Source of the DNA: Selaginella moellendorffii
Taxonomy: Eukaryota > Plantae > Lycopodiophyta
Length of the DNA: 64,000 nt
Direction: 5' to 3'
Assembly (NCBI RefSeq): GCF_000143415.4
Contig: NW_003314295.1
Coordinates: forward strand, 1,356,646 to 1,420,645
Shown one piece after another: positions 53,097 through 64,000 of the stretch. How positions within the stretch are numbered: the first letter of the stretch is position 1; every line of letters starts with the position of its first letter. Below the pieces are notes generated by a model. The model did not search any database and was not told the DNA's origin. It saw only the letters and a list, made by a program, of their open reading frames with translations. The position numbers were made by a program, and so were the translations under genes.

Positions 53097-54102
53097 ATGC
53101 TCCGGACGATCTGGAATGCGCTGTGCCGGGCGATTGCCTGGCTCGGCGTCCGGATCCTCCTCTGCGGCCCAGTGCCGCAGCACATCGCGATCATCATGGA
53201 CGGCAACAGGCGCTTCGCGGACAGGGCCGGGATCGACAGGAAGAGCGGCCATGGATTTGGCTACGATAGCCTCATCCAGACGCTGGAGCTGTGCTTGGAT
53301 CTGGGGGTGAGGTACGTAACAGTGTACGCATTCAGCATCGACAACTTCGCGCGATCGCAAGAGGAGGTGAGCGCGCTCATGGAGCTCATGCGTGAGAAGC
53401 TGGACCTTCTCGTCTCCAACGAAGGGCTGGCCACCGAGAAAGGGATTCGCGTTGTGTGTTCTTGGAGACTTGACCTTGCTCCCGGAAGATGTAAGAGCTT
53501 CCGCGAATCGAGCGATGGCCGCGACCAAGCACAACTCCATAACCGTGCTTAACATATGTGTGGCCTATACATCCACGCAAGAGANNNNNNNNNNNNNNNN
53601 NNNNNNNNNNNNNNNNNNNNNNNNNNNNNNNNNNNNNNNNNNNNNNNNNNNNNNNNNNNNNNNNNNNNNNNNNNNNNNNNNNNNNNNNNNNNNNNNNNNN
53701 NNNNNNNNNNNNNNNNNNNNNNNNNNNNNNNNNNNNNNNNNNNNNNNNNNNNNNNNNNNNNNNNNNNNNNNNNNNNNNNNNNNNNNNNNNNNNNNNNNNN
53801 NNNNNNNNNNNNNNNNNNNNNNNNNNNNNNNNNNNNNNNNNNNNNNNNNNNNNNNNNNNNNNNNNNNNNNNNNNNNNNNNNNNNNNNNNNNNNNNNNNNN
53901 NNNNNNNNNNNNNNNNNNNNNNNNNNNNNNNNNNNNGTGGCAAGCTTGCCACTCGCACTTGGCCTTTTGCAACGTCCTGTGGCCCAACTTCTCCTTCCGG
54001 CACCTATTTTGGATCATCTTCCAGTACCAGAGAAGCTACCGATCTCTACAACACCACTGGATCAAGGCCCAGAGCTTTCAAACTCGCCAAAAGTTTGGAT
54101 AA
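53097..54102 (+). CDS. cis-prenyltransferase (UPPS/DHDDS family), with an apparent frameshift and an assembly gap
   Basis: PQHIAIIMDGNRRFA, VTVYAFSIDNFAR, LNICVAYTS, LWPNFS; reading frame changes near 53454. Confidence 0.85.
53585..53936. other. Assembly gap (352 N)
   Basis: Run of N. Confidence 1.
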
Positions 54103-54156
54103 CATTGATGAGAAAAGAACTTTACAAAGAACTCTATGAAAACTCTATCCAATCGC

Positions 54157-54816
54157 CTAACATCCTCTACCAGCGCGAAGCTGCTCGGTGAACGAAGTGG
54201 TGGCCACTGGCTTGCCAAGATTATACTGGAGCATCATGCTATCAACATCCTTGACAAATCGATCAGCGAGAGGGGTGTTGATCATCTGCTGCTGTGGAAC
54301 GAGCAGGAACTCGTAATTGTGAAGCAAGTAGTCGTGCGGGGCTGGCTGCATGTATCCTTCCAAAACTCTCCCGAGAGTTCCATCGCCATTGTTGATCGAT
54401 GATCCGCGGATGTTTGCGACCCAGTAGTGGATGTACGTGTACTGATCCGCGATCGAGAAGATCGATCTCGACGCCCTCCGATCCAGCATAATAAGCGAGT
54501 AGAGCTGGTTGGGGTCGGCGTGGCCGGTTACTCGAATTTGAGGAGTGCTCACGGTGTCCCGGCACGAGAAAATACTTCCAATCCTTACTGGCACTCCTCC
54601 GTACGAGATTTCCAACGAGAGAGACACTGGAGGTGGAGTTGAGTGAAAAGCTGGCGGTGGTGGTGGCGAAGATGGTGCAGGAGGTGAGTGAAAAGGTGGC
54701 GGAGCAACAGTGGCTGATGGAGATGAGCAAGGGCAGAAGCACCTATCGGAAGAACCATAGCTTGCACCAAGGAAATCGAGGAGGAGCACAGCAGCCATGC
54801 ACACATAAGACTTCAT
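54157..54816 (-). CDS. Secreted, intronless, divergent PEBP-fold protein with Pro-rich linker
   Basis: Signal peptide, CFCPC and a Pro/Ser linker, then LEISYG...YSLIMLD...YIHYWVANI...YMQPAP...HNYEFLL..Q...YNLGKPVA, colinear with the PEBP/FT fold. Confidence 0.75.
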   Translation of the reverse strand: MKSYVCMAAVLLLDFLGASYGSSDRCFCPCSSPSATVAPPPFHSPPAPSSPPPPPAFHSTPPPVSLSLEISYGGVPVRIGSIFSCRDTVSTPQIRVTGHADPNQLYSLIMLDRRASRSIFSIADQYTYIHYWVANIRGSSINNGDGTLGRVLEGYMQPAPHDYLLHNYEFLLVPQQQMINTPLADRFVKDVDSMMLQYNLGKPVATTSFTEQLRAGRGC

Positions 54817-56376
54817 CCTTCCGGTTGTACATATATCACGTAGTTCCTTACAGTTTATATAAGATGATGGCGACCCATTTTGGTCAGGTGCCCAATTAAG
54901 CTAGTCAACTGGCAAGGGTTTAAAGGTTTAAATTACTCTTATCTAGTTTAAGCACGACATCATAAAAATACCCAAGTAATGATCTTGCATTGACCATGAA
55001 CAATGCAATAGATGTGTTTGTGGCCTAAAAGATACAATCTAGAAGTTTGCATCATGAATTTATTTCTGAATTTAAGAATTTATTATTTTAACTATTAAAT
55101 TAATAGTTATTTTTCTTTAATTTCTTATGGAAATCCTTAGCTTTAGTATATTTAAATTTTTGTAAATTTTAGTATATACTCCTTTATAAAATATATGTAT
55201 ATTGACAGTTAGCTAGTTAATGTTAAATCTAAAAATAATTGTTAAAAAATAGAATTTTACAATTTTGCACATAAAAATAATTCATATATCATTCTTATTG
55301 GTGATGTACTTTTGTTTTACTTTTATTAATTATTTTTAACACATTTTAAACTTTGTGGCAGTTTATTAATTTTTTATTTGTTCCTCTGCAACCTACATTA
55401 GGATTTTAAATTTTTTACAAAATCAGTAAATTATTTTATTTCAACTAGATTAATGGAAGATTGTTGTCTCATTTTACTCTTGTTTTTGGCTCCGAACCAT
55501 AAATTTGCTAATGGATGTTTTTTCTTTAAATTTTTTTTTAATTTACATTGCAAATAAAATGTATTTTTTGGAAAAGTACTTTCCAACAAAAAAAAGTAAA
55601 ATTTTTATATACCTTTCATATGAAATGCAAAAGTAAAATCCATAATTTTATATAATACATGAATATCATCCTTCTATATTTAAAAGAGCAAGGGCGACAT
55701 ATTCAATCGAGATTCTTTACGAGCTTAATGGTGGAGATGAAGACATGTGGGAAAAAACAGTTGAGGGTGGAACATTTTTTTTTAGGGTAAACCAGTTTTT
55801 TTCAATGCATTTTTTCAGAAGCGCTTATGTATTTATTTTATTGCTGTTCATATCTAAGGGTTTCATGTTTGACTCTCTCTCGTGTCACTGTGAAGCATTC
55901 GGAAAGCGAGCTCCTTGATTCTTCACAATTGATAAGTTTCGTTCTCACATTTTTCACAGTTGAATCACCACTGTTTTTGAGTCTCCAGAATGTATACTTT
56001 GGAACGGGTATGTGTATGATTTAAGGTCTTTGCAATGTTGTTTGAATGTGCTCGCATAAGAACAGGTCATGAGTACTGGGAAGATGAAGGCATTGAAGAA
56101 AAAAAGCCAACATGCAGGCAAATGATGAACATATTTCACCCATATGATCCTCTCACCTATAGGTATCAATCTGTGTGACCAGTGTTTACATTTATCCTTT
56201 CGTCCTGATTACAGAGTGGAACCTCTGATATCTATTCTTTTTGGAGAAAGTCAATGAACATCTTTGGATACAGGTGATCATAGTGTTTTGTAAGTTTTGT
56301 TGTCAAAGCTAGAGGAAATTCTTCGGTTGGGGTATGGTTTTGTCACAGTTTTTTATTGTAGTATGGTGACAGAAAG

Positions 56377-56519
56377 GCTATCTAGAAGTCCTAATGGTAC
56401 AGTCGACTTAATGCTACAGGTAAGTCTTGCTCTTTGCTATCACGTCATTCTCATGTGGATCTAGGATACAAAATTTGAGCACCACTACATATCGGTATCT
56501 GATAAATGATAGCAGTGGC

Positions 56520-56567
<48 letters not shown>

Positions 56568-57300
56568 CACAGCAGCAGCAGCATCACCAGCAAAAAGATC
56601 TTAAGACCATCCACTAGGAGTTTGGGATCAGTCACATGTACGTAGTGGCCAGGTGAGAAGGTCAGTGCGAGGGACAGGGACAAAGATCTTGCAGGGTCAG
56701 CCTTCACCCAAGAGAAGTAGAGATTGATGAGATCACTGGTTTGCTCTATCACTTCTGCTCAACCCAGTGGCAAGGTGAGCTTCACTGTGGTGGCGGTGAT
56801 CTAGAACAGGTTAATGACCACTCGTTTCTCTACAGGGGCACGGTGCTGTACAAATCCAATTAGTCTGGAGACAAGGAGCATTGTCACACCCATGGACGTG
56901 TATCAATTATTGTGACACACTAGGTAAGATCCAATCCAACTTCACAAACTTGCAGAGAAAAAGAGAACTAAGAAAGACAAACAAAGAATAGTGGCCATGG
57001 CCATATCTGGACAAATTAAGTGAATTGGTGCCAGATTCAATTGTATTTGTGTTGTAATACTACATTATTTATAAAGTGTTTCCTGCTCTTGACTATCTAG
57101 AAGTCCCAATGGTAGAGCCAATTTCATGCTACAGGTAAGTTGGAATCACAGCAGCAGCAGCAGCAGCATCACCAGCGAGAAGATCTCAAGGTTGCACGAG
57201 AATTCTTTTACGTAGTGGCAAAGCCAGTGTCGGTGAGCAGGTTGGTGCGAGGGACAGGGACGAAGATTTCATGAAGGACAGGGAAAAAGATCTTGTAGGG
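56377..57300 (+). repeat. Degenerate direct duplication (about 56377-56700 vs about 57093-57300)
   Basis: Shared ctatctagaagtcc.aatggta...atgctacaggtaagt, gaatcacagcagcagc...catcaccagc and gtgcgagggacagggac. Confidence 0.8.
56522..56565. repeat. (GA)22 microsatellite
   Basis: Direct observation. Confidence 0.97.
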
Positions 57301-59639
57301 TCCACCATCGCTCACAAGCAGTGGAATACGTTTTTCAAGCTTCCCGGAGGAAGAATCAAGTTTGAAGAAAAACAGTAAAGAAGTTTTCTTTCATCATTCA
57401 CTCTGCTAACTTTGATAAATCTGTTAACTAGAGGTGGAAGGATTGAAGAGGAAGCTCATGAGCATTCAATGGCAGCTTTAATTTAGCCTGAGACAGGTAT
57501 GATGGAAATACATGAAGATATAAAGAACTTTGGTTTTGTTCATTTCCATTTCTTCCAGTTTGAAGAGTTTGTGGCAATTTAGTATAGACCAAACTTTGAG
57601 ATGCTGTCATATCCTTATTGCCCTCCTCACATCACCAAACCAAAGGTATCAATCTTTGTTCTTGGTTACTCATAACTCTTTTGTATAATCTTCTCATTTA
57701 TTTTATTATTTCTTATGTCAGGAGTGTAAGAAGTTCTGCATGGTTCTCCTCCCTGAAAGACAATACTTTACTGTTTCAAAAAATCTCAAACTGCTGGCAG
57801 TTCCATTGTTTAAGCTCTGTCTACACTCACTTTTTTTTTTTTGTTTTCTTTCTTTCAGACAGTTTTTCTCTTCCTTTGATGATGTGAGAATTGTTACTGC
57901 AGAGATATGCCTAGTGATCTCTGCCATCTTCTAGCAGCTTTCAAGGTTCATCTTCATTGTCATTAACGGTTAAACCCTGGCAATCTGGGTGATTTTTTTC
58001 TTCTTTTTCTCCATTTTGTAAAACTATTAACTTACTATGAGTGGCTCTCTTTTTTTTGTTTCAAACATTTCTCTTATAAATAGGCAGGAGAAAAACATTT
58101 GATCCTCCATCCTATCAAGAGCCTCCAAAGTTAAAGCTGTCTTCAATATTAGTTCACTTTAAGAAAGTGAACTTATAAACTGTGATGATTCCACGATTAA
58201 GAAAGCCAACACAAGCTGGATAAAAGTGTAATGGTATCAAGAAAAAATAAAAAATTATACACCTACCAATGTACACTTATCAAAAGATCAGTAGAACAGC
58301 CTCAGTATATACCAAGAAGAGTGAGTATTAGCAAACAACTGACCAAGATAAAAAGCTTTTAATTTTTTTAAAATCGTGACTCTTGTGCTCATTTTTAGAT
58401 AGAACTTTTATGATCATGTGAGTGTGTACATCCACACATAGTGATTCTAAGTAGCTTCTAAGAGTTTTCAAAAAACCATCTAGTACCTGTGTCTACAATG
58501 TCAAAACAAACTCTCCTGATAATCTTCAATTGAACTCTTTTGGCAATATAAGTAGAGAAATGCCTATGGTATAGAATCCAGTGCATGCTTAGAGCTGCAG
58601 TCGAGAATGCAGATCAGGTGTGTATTCAATGACAAGAATATGTCAACCCACCTGAAGATTGTTGGCCAGGACATGGAGGTGCTAATATTGTTTAATGCAG
58701 GAAGCAAATGAGTTATGTGAGCAGATGGAAAGCCTGCAGTTAGTGTTAATCAAAAGCTTTCTTGAAACAGCAAAATACAAAAGTGATGATAGTACAGCCA
58801 AGATGCAGTCGCTACAGTTTGAATTGAGAAGGAAAAGAAGAAATCTGCTACTAAGAGAAGACTATGGGCTTTGATGAGACAGAAAAATCTAAGACCAAAC
58901 AGGAGGTACTGAAGATTACGGAAGAACTTGAAGACGCATGGGAGTTGAACACGTTTCTCAAAAAATATATAGCTGGCTATAGATAAAAAAAATGGATGTC
59001 AGTGTGCAAAGTGGAAGTTGAGATGGCTGATGCAACTACCATAATGAACTGAGGGTGGACAAGGAACTCTGAGGATGATGTGACACTTGATGCTGCAGCT
59101 ATGAAAATGGAATGGATTTTAGAGACTTCCTTGCCAGATTGTCCACCAAGCCATTTTGCTGTGGAGAAGCAAAAAGTTATTCAGGCTTTACAGTTAAAGC
59201 TACACTAAGCTTTTGAGTTTATCAAAGATGTAGAGCACAAGATGGAGGCTTTAACTGATGCAACCTCAAATATGTCTAAAGTGCAAGAGAGTGTTCAAAA
59301 TTTCTGAACGATACAGGTATTGCTCAGAAGAAAAAAAACAATGTGCTGCTTCTCCGGGTACTCTAACATTCAAGTGAATTCAAGGTGCCTTGCGATGTTT
59401 CTCCAGTCCAGTGAAGCTGATCAATGGCATCGTGATCAATACAACAGAATCCAATGAGCTTTGTTTTTTTTTTAAAAAATGACTAACATTGTGATGGTTC
59501 TTCATGCATGTGTTTGCATTCTAGCAAATCCAGGATGGCTGTTTATTGCAAGTCACAAACACCTCACAGATGCACAATAAGTTTTTCTAGCACACACTTG
59601 CTCTCTAATGCACTAAGCACATAGACTTGTCTCCTATCT

Positions 59640-60476
59640 ATAGTTTATTGAGAATCCCATTCAGGCTGTGTGCCTGGAAGGAGCTCCCATCACACACTGA
59701 ACAAGCCACACTGTCTGATGCTCTGCTACACCAAACAAGCCATACCAATATTGTCCCATGACGCCGTGAACACAGAATCCCACCCATTTCCAATCACAGC
59801 CATGTTATGAATTATCTCCTAAGAGAGCTGAAAGGACCACAACTGCAGTGAGCCTCCAGCTCCCGGGCTGCTGACAGCAACAACTGCAGTAGGTCCACCG
59901 AGCCGAGAACTGTGAGTCTGGCACCCAATGAGTAGAAGCGATGTGTTTGGACACACCTCCACAACTTGGTGTGTGTAGCTCACACCTTGGGAGACGTAGT
60001 CGAGGTCTGGTTGGAAGGAGAGGCAAGAGCTCAGACTTGTAAGTAATGTCCTTGGTAGCTCTCCAAACAGGATCCAATTGACACACATGTTTGCCTGGTG
60101 GAGGTGCCCCGGAACACAACCATAAGGTGTTTGTTAGCAAAGGTGGTGTCTTCCTTGTACACTGGGCCCCAAGCTTTGGAGTCCAAGTGTTGGAAGTTTG
60201 GGGATGGCTTCCAGCTGGGGATGGAGGTAGGAATCCATAGGTTTTGGTGGAGATTGTGGTGAGCAGGGAGATGAAGAGTGCCAGACACTTGGGATCATGC
60301 TGTGAGAGCTTGGAGACTTCATCCCACACTTCCAGAGCTTCTTCGCTTGGTGGGTTTTGTTTGGCTGAGCGGTGGTGGTGATGGCGGGCTAGAAAAACAC
60401 TGGCAGTAACAATGGCAGGCACAACCCAAAGCAAGAGCAGGAGAGTGCAAGCCATGCATTTGTGATTTTTCTTCAT
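59640..60476 (-). pseudogene. Unidentified, probably decayed gene with an N-terminal hydrophobic anchor
   Basis: 223-aa ORF with a TM-like LLLLLWVVPAIVTASVFL. Coding-like sequence continues across frames with stops. Family not recognised. Confidence 0.3.
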
Positions 60477-63400
60477 GGTTTGGAAGGAATCTTACCTCTA
60501 TTCTCCCTGCGGGCTTGAAAATTAAAGAGTCACTAGATCTCATGTATCTGTATTGCCTTCGTCAAAGCTTTATAAAAGTCCAACTCTTTTTCACTTTATA
60601 TGGTCTGGCTCTTTCTTGCTTTATAATAGTCTGGATTTCTTAACTCTCAAATTTTCAAGTATGCACAACAGGAAACTAAAATTCACAGATCTCACTTATC
60701 AGCATTGCTTTGGTCAAAAAGTTATATTTTATGGCCTAACACCATTATGTCTTAGATTTTGCATTTCTTTCTCTCTTTTAGCAGTTTCTTAACATCAAAT
60801 GCTTTGTGATCAAAAGAGAGCATGCAAGAAGTTCCTCTGCAAGAAGAACCCCCAGGCTGCCTCTGATGTGTTCCAAAGGTGATGACTCTGAACTCAATAT
60901 CCATGTTGAGCAGAATAAAGCTACTTGGGTCCTCAATAAACTTCCACCACCTCTCTTCAATTTCTTCTTGCCACTTTACAGTAAGTCACTGAAAAAATCT
61001 AAAATTCTGTAGAACTTCACTGGTTAAAACTTGGACAGGAAATCTAGAAGAAAAAGCAAGCCTTTGAACACTTCTGTTTTTATCTTGGTCCTTCGATTTA
61101 AAACCTAGTGGGTTATGCTAGAGCACCCTCCCTCGATATCAAGCTTTAAAGTAGATGTTGTAACTTTTAATTATGGATATGTTATATTCCATTTCCAGGA
61201 TGATGAATTTAGAATCTCTTGGAACTTTCTATGCAGGCATTTGCTTTCATTTCAAGCACAAGACTCGCAAAATAAAAGAAGCCAGTTTTGATTAATTACA
61301 AATCCTTGCTTTCTAGAGCTTACAGCTATAACTTTCTTTAAAATTAATATTAAAATGCTTACTCTTGATGCTAAAATGCTTGAAAATTCAATGTGCCCAA
61401 AATATTTTGTACTTCTCCCAGTGGAGCTGGGATCCCAGCTAGTATCTTTTTATATATATAAGAGAGTAATTCCTAAATATTCTAAATGTTTAGGGTAAAT
61501 TGAGCCTGTATGTGATAGTGATAGAAGGAGATAGGAAAGAAGAAGAAAGATAAATTATTTTTGTCTATTATATTTTTAATAAAATAGAATTTTAATGAAA
61601 AGGTTATTATTGTTACTGCTTATAAATTATCATGGCCTTATATTTCAAAGAAAGAAATGTAAGTGAGAAAAGGAGAAAAGGAAGGCTTATAAATTATTAT
61701 GGCCTTACATTTCAAACATAGTTTAGTGTTGAAATTACTAAATAAAAAAAAGATATAACTTCTTCCAATAGCTCTTTCAGCCCTTCAAAGCATTAAAAAT
61801 TCACATGGACTTTATAACATCTATGAGCTGATAGTCAAAGAGATTCTGATAGTATATAATTTCATTTTTTTATAAATTTAAGAAATTTTTATTTCTAAGG
61901 CACTTAGTTATCAAATTTAAATATTTTTTGGAAGCTAAGAGGTCAAATACACTCACAAAGAAATGTTCTATAACTTTTCAAATAAAGGTTTTGACTTTTC
62001 ATGCTCAAACAAAAAATCATTTAGTAGCAACATAAATTATAGTAGCCAATTAAAGGAAAAAGAAAGGTCAAACTCCTATAGATAAAATATAAGAGCAAAT
62101 TTTGGATGCAAATAGAAGCAATATTATCAATCTACTTAGCCTGGTTTATCATATGGCTGTAACTATGATCCCATTGAATTGGATTAAAGGAGAAGTAGAG
62201 AGCCATGTATACCATAGTGCTTTAGGTTTTTCAATGAAGTTATCATTTTATGTTAATCCAATATCAACAAGAGAAATAGTGATTGCAACAAATGAGGCGG
62301 GTTAAAGGGATTTACATCAGCAAATCAAGAGCAATCCCTTCTTAATCTTGATAGATAAGAGTATAGATCAAACACTTTTGTGGGCAAGTTATGGAACAGT
62401 TGGTTGTAGTTATGCTAACAATTCTTCATCAGTGGAAACTAGTAGAGAAAGGTTTTTACAAGCTTTTGACATGCTATTAGGTATAGTGCTTTCTCCACTT
62501 TTTGGCAGATATGTTAGGCAAATTAAATAAATTGAGTGAGAAGTTTCAACAAGACTTGACAGAGTGCTCTAAGTTGGGTGCTTTTCTAGAAGTTACTATG
62601 GAGATTTGCAAAATAGATATATTGCTAGATTAATAGATATGCTTTTCTAATAGATTTTGTAATAGGTATCTTAGACTTATATTTGGAGATGGATCTCCTT
62701 TTCTCACAGAGTTTCTAAAAAGATCTAGCAAGGGAGAGCTTATGTATGAAGATAAGTTTGAGATGATCATAGTTTATAAACTATATTGTACATCTGCTTC
62801 ATTCATAATCAAGCCTATAGCAACAATAGACTTCAATGTAGTTATAGAAGTAGGAATGGTTTATTACAATAATTATGTTGTTGGAGCATCATTGCACATC
62901 CAATTAACTATTCAAGTTTTTGGTAACGAGTTTCCAAATATGAGCTTCTTCAATAGTATGAAGCTATTTGATGGACAAGCTTATCCATAAAGCTATATAT
63001 CACGAAAAAGTAGGGCATTAGAGTGAACATCTTAATATTGATGATGAAATTGGTTTCATATGCTTAAGTAAGCTGGAGGACTTTATTGGTATATTTCCAT
63101 GACTCCAAACATATAAAAGTATGAAGGATGGAACAATTGCTCTAGAAATGAGCAGTGGTGGAAAACTCATTCAAGTAAATTTATTTTTACATTTTTATTT
63201 GATAATTGATTGTGAATATTTTAGGTTTAATGAAGTTATGGCAAGCTTGTATGGTTGTCCCAGCAAATATAACCCCTTGCAACTATGAATTTTCATTACA
63301 AAATGATAAAGTCTACGATATGTGCAAACTCTCATCTAGAGACTCTAGATGCACTAATGTTCTTATATAAGAATGCTCAAGATCATGAGGTTATCAATTG

Positions 63401-63956
63401 AAATAGAGCATTTGATGTGTTATTTAGAATATGAAAAATAGTAGAGATCGTGATGTATTACTTAACTCAATAATATGAAAGTTTTATTTTGTTTTTTATC
63501 TTTCATTTAAAAGGTAAATTTTATTTCTACCTTCTCACATGAGAAGAAAAAAAATTTACCTTTCAGAAAAAAAGAAATATACCTTTCAAATTTATGCCAA
63601 AAAACAACTATAAGGAATATACTACATGAATAAAATTATTTAAAATCTTCCTATTGTGGACTCTTATTCTATGTTGATTTAAAACCTCTTGTTTTAAAAA
63701 TAAATATCCCCATAAATTCATTTTTTTTATACAAAAGGACATTTTTATGGGTGCCATGTGGTAGTGGCCGAAGTGGAAGCTAAACGAGAGTAACACATTT
63801 GGACTAAAAGCTCCAACTTGGACAAATCAGAGTGGGAGTGAAACTCCCCAATAAGTGCTCGAGGGATGACTACGAAACAAGAAGTAAGTGAATCTCTAGA
63901 AAAGGACATAAGAGGATGACACATGATACATGGAAGAGTCCGAGATGAACCTAAGA

Positions 63957-64000
63957 TGGAGTCCGATATGGAGTCCAGGATGGAGTCCAAAATGGAGTTT
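63957..64000. repeat. 12-bp tandem repeat atggagtccNNN, running to the window edge
   Basis: atggagtccgat atggagtccagg atggagtccaaa atggagttt. Confidence 0.8.

Noticed and set aside
52701-53555. 284-aa minus-strand ORF that looks like a fusion
   Set aside because: Read-through of the cis-prenyltransferase antisense strand into polygalacturonase exon 1.
53386-54191. Several ORFs spanning X runs
   Set aside because: Artefacts of the N gap.
61900-63450. Possible transposase or Helitron helicase remnant
   Set aside because: No diagnostic motif could be read, so it is left unassigned.

Overview
Eukaryotic, gene-dense plant genomic DNA with many 50-70 bp GT-AG introns. The compactness and gene content suggest a lycophyte such as Selaginella; this is an inference, not a proven assignment. 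From about 0.5 to 54.8 kb the window holds about 16 genes: organellar alkaline/neutral invertase, RBR E3 ligase, cytosolic G6PDH, PIE1/SWR1 remodeller, alpha-N-acetylglucosaminidase, plastid-type hexokinase, YtqB-like rRNA methylase, DUF3223/DOMINO1-like protein, RNF10-like E3, an unknown repeat protein, a subtilase, CalS5-like callose synthase, IRX7/FRA8-like GT47, a GH28 polygalacturonase, a cis-prenyltransferase (interrupted by an assembly gap) and a divergent PEBP. There is also a HAL3 pseudogene. An AT-rich, internally repeated block lies at 24.5-28.2 kb, and a decayed, CpG-poor region runs from about 54.9 kb to the end. Highlights: (1) a probably plastid-targeted disordered protein with a W-N/Q-rich domain and 9 G[KR]TWPNPNYK-type repeats, a candidate multivalent linker or condensate scaffold; (2) an intronless, secreted, Pro-linker PEBP/FT-fold protein with a rewritten ligand pocket; (3) an intronic C/D-box snoRNA candidate; (4) two head-to-head gene pairs whose ATGs are only 29 and 45 bp apart, each with a telo-box between them; (5) a PAM2 motif on RNF10; (6) a patchwork of locally copied gene fragments around RNF10. 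Multi-exon gene coordinates are outer spans read by eye.
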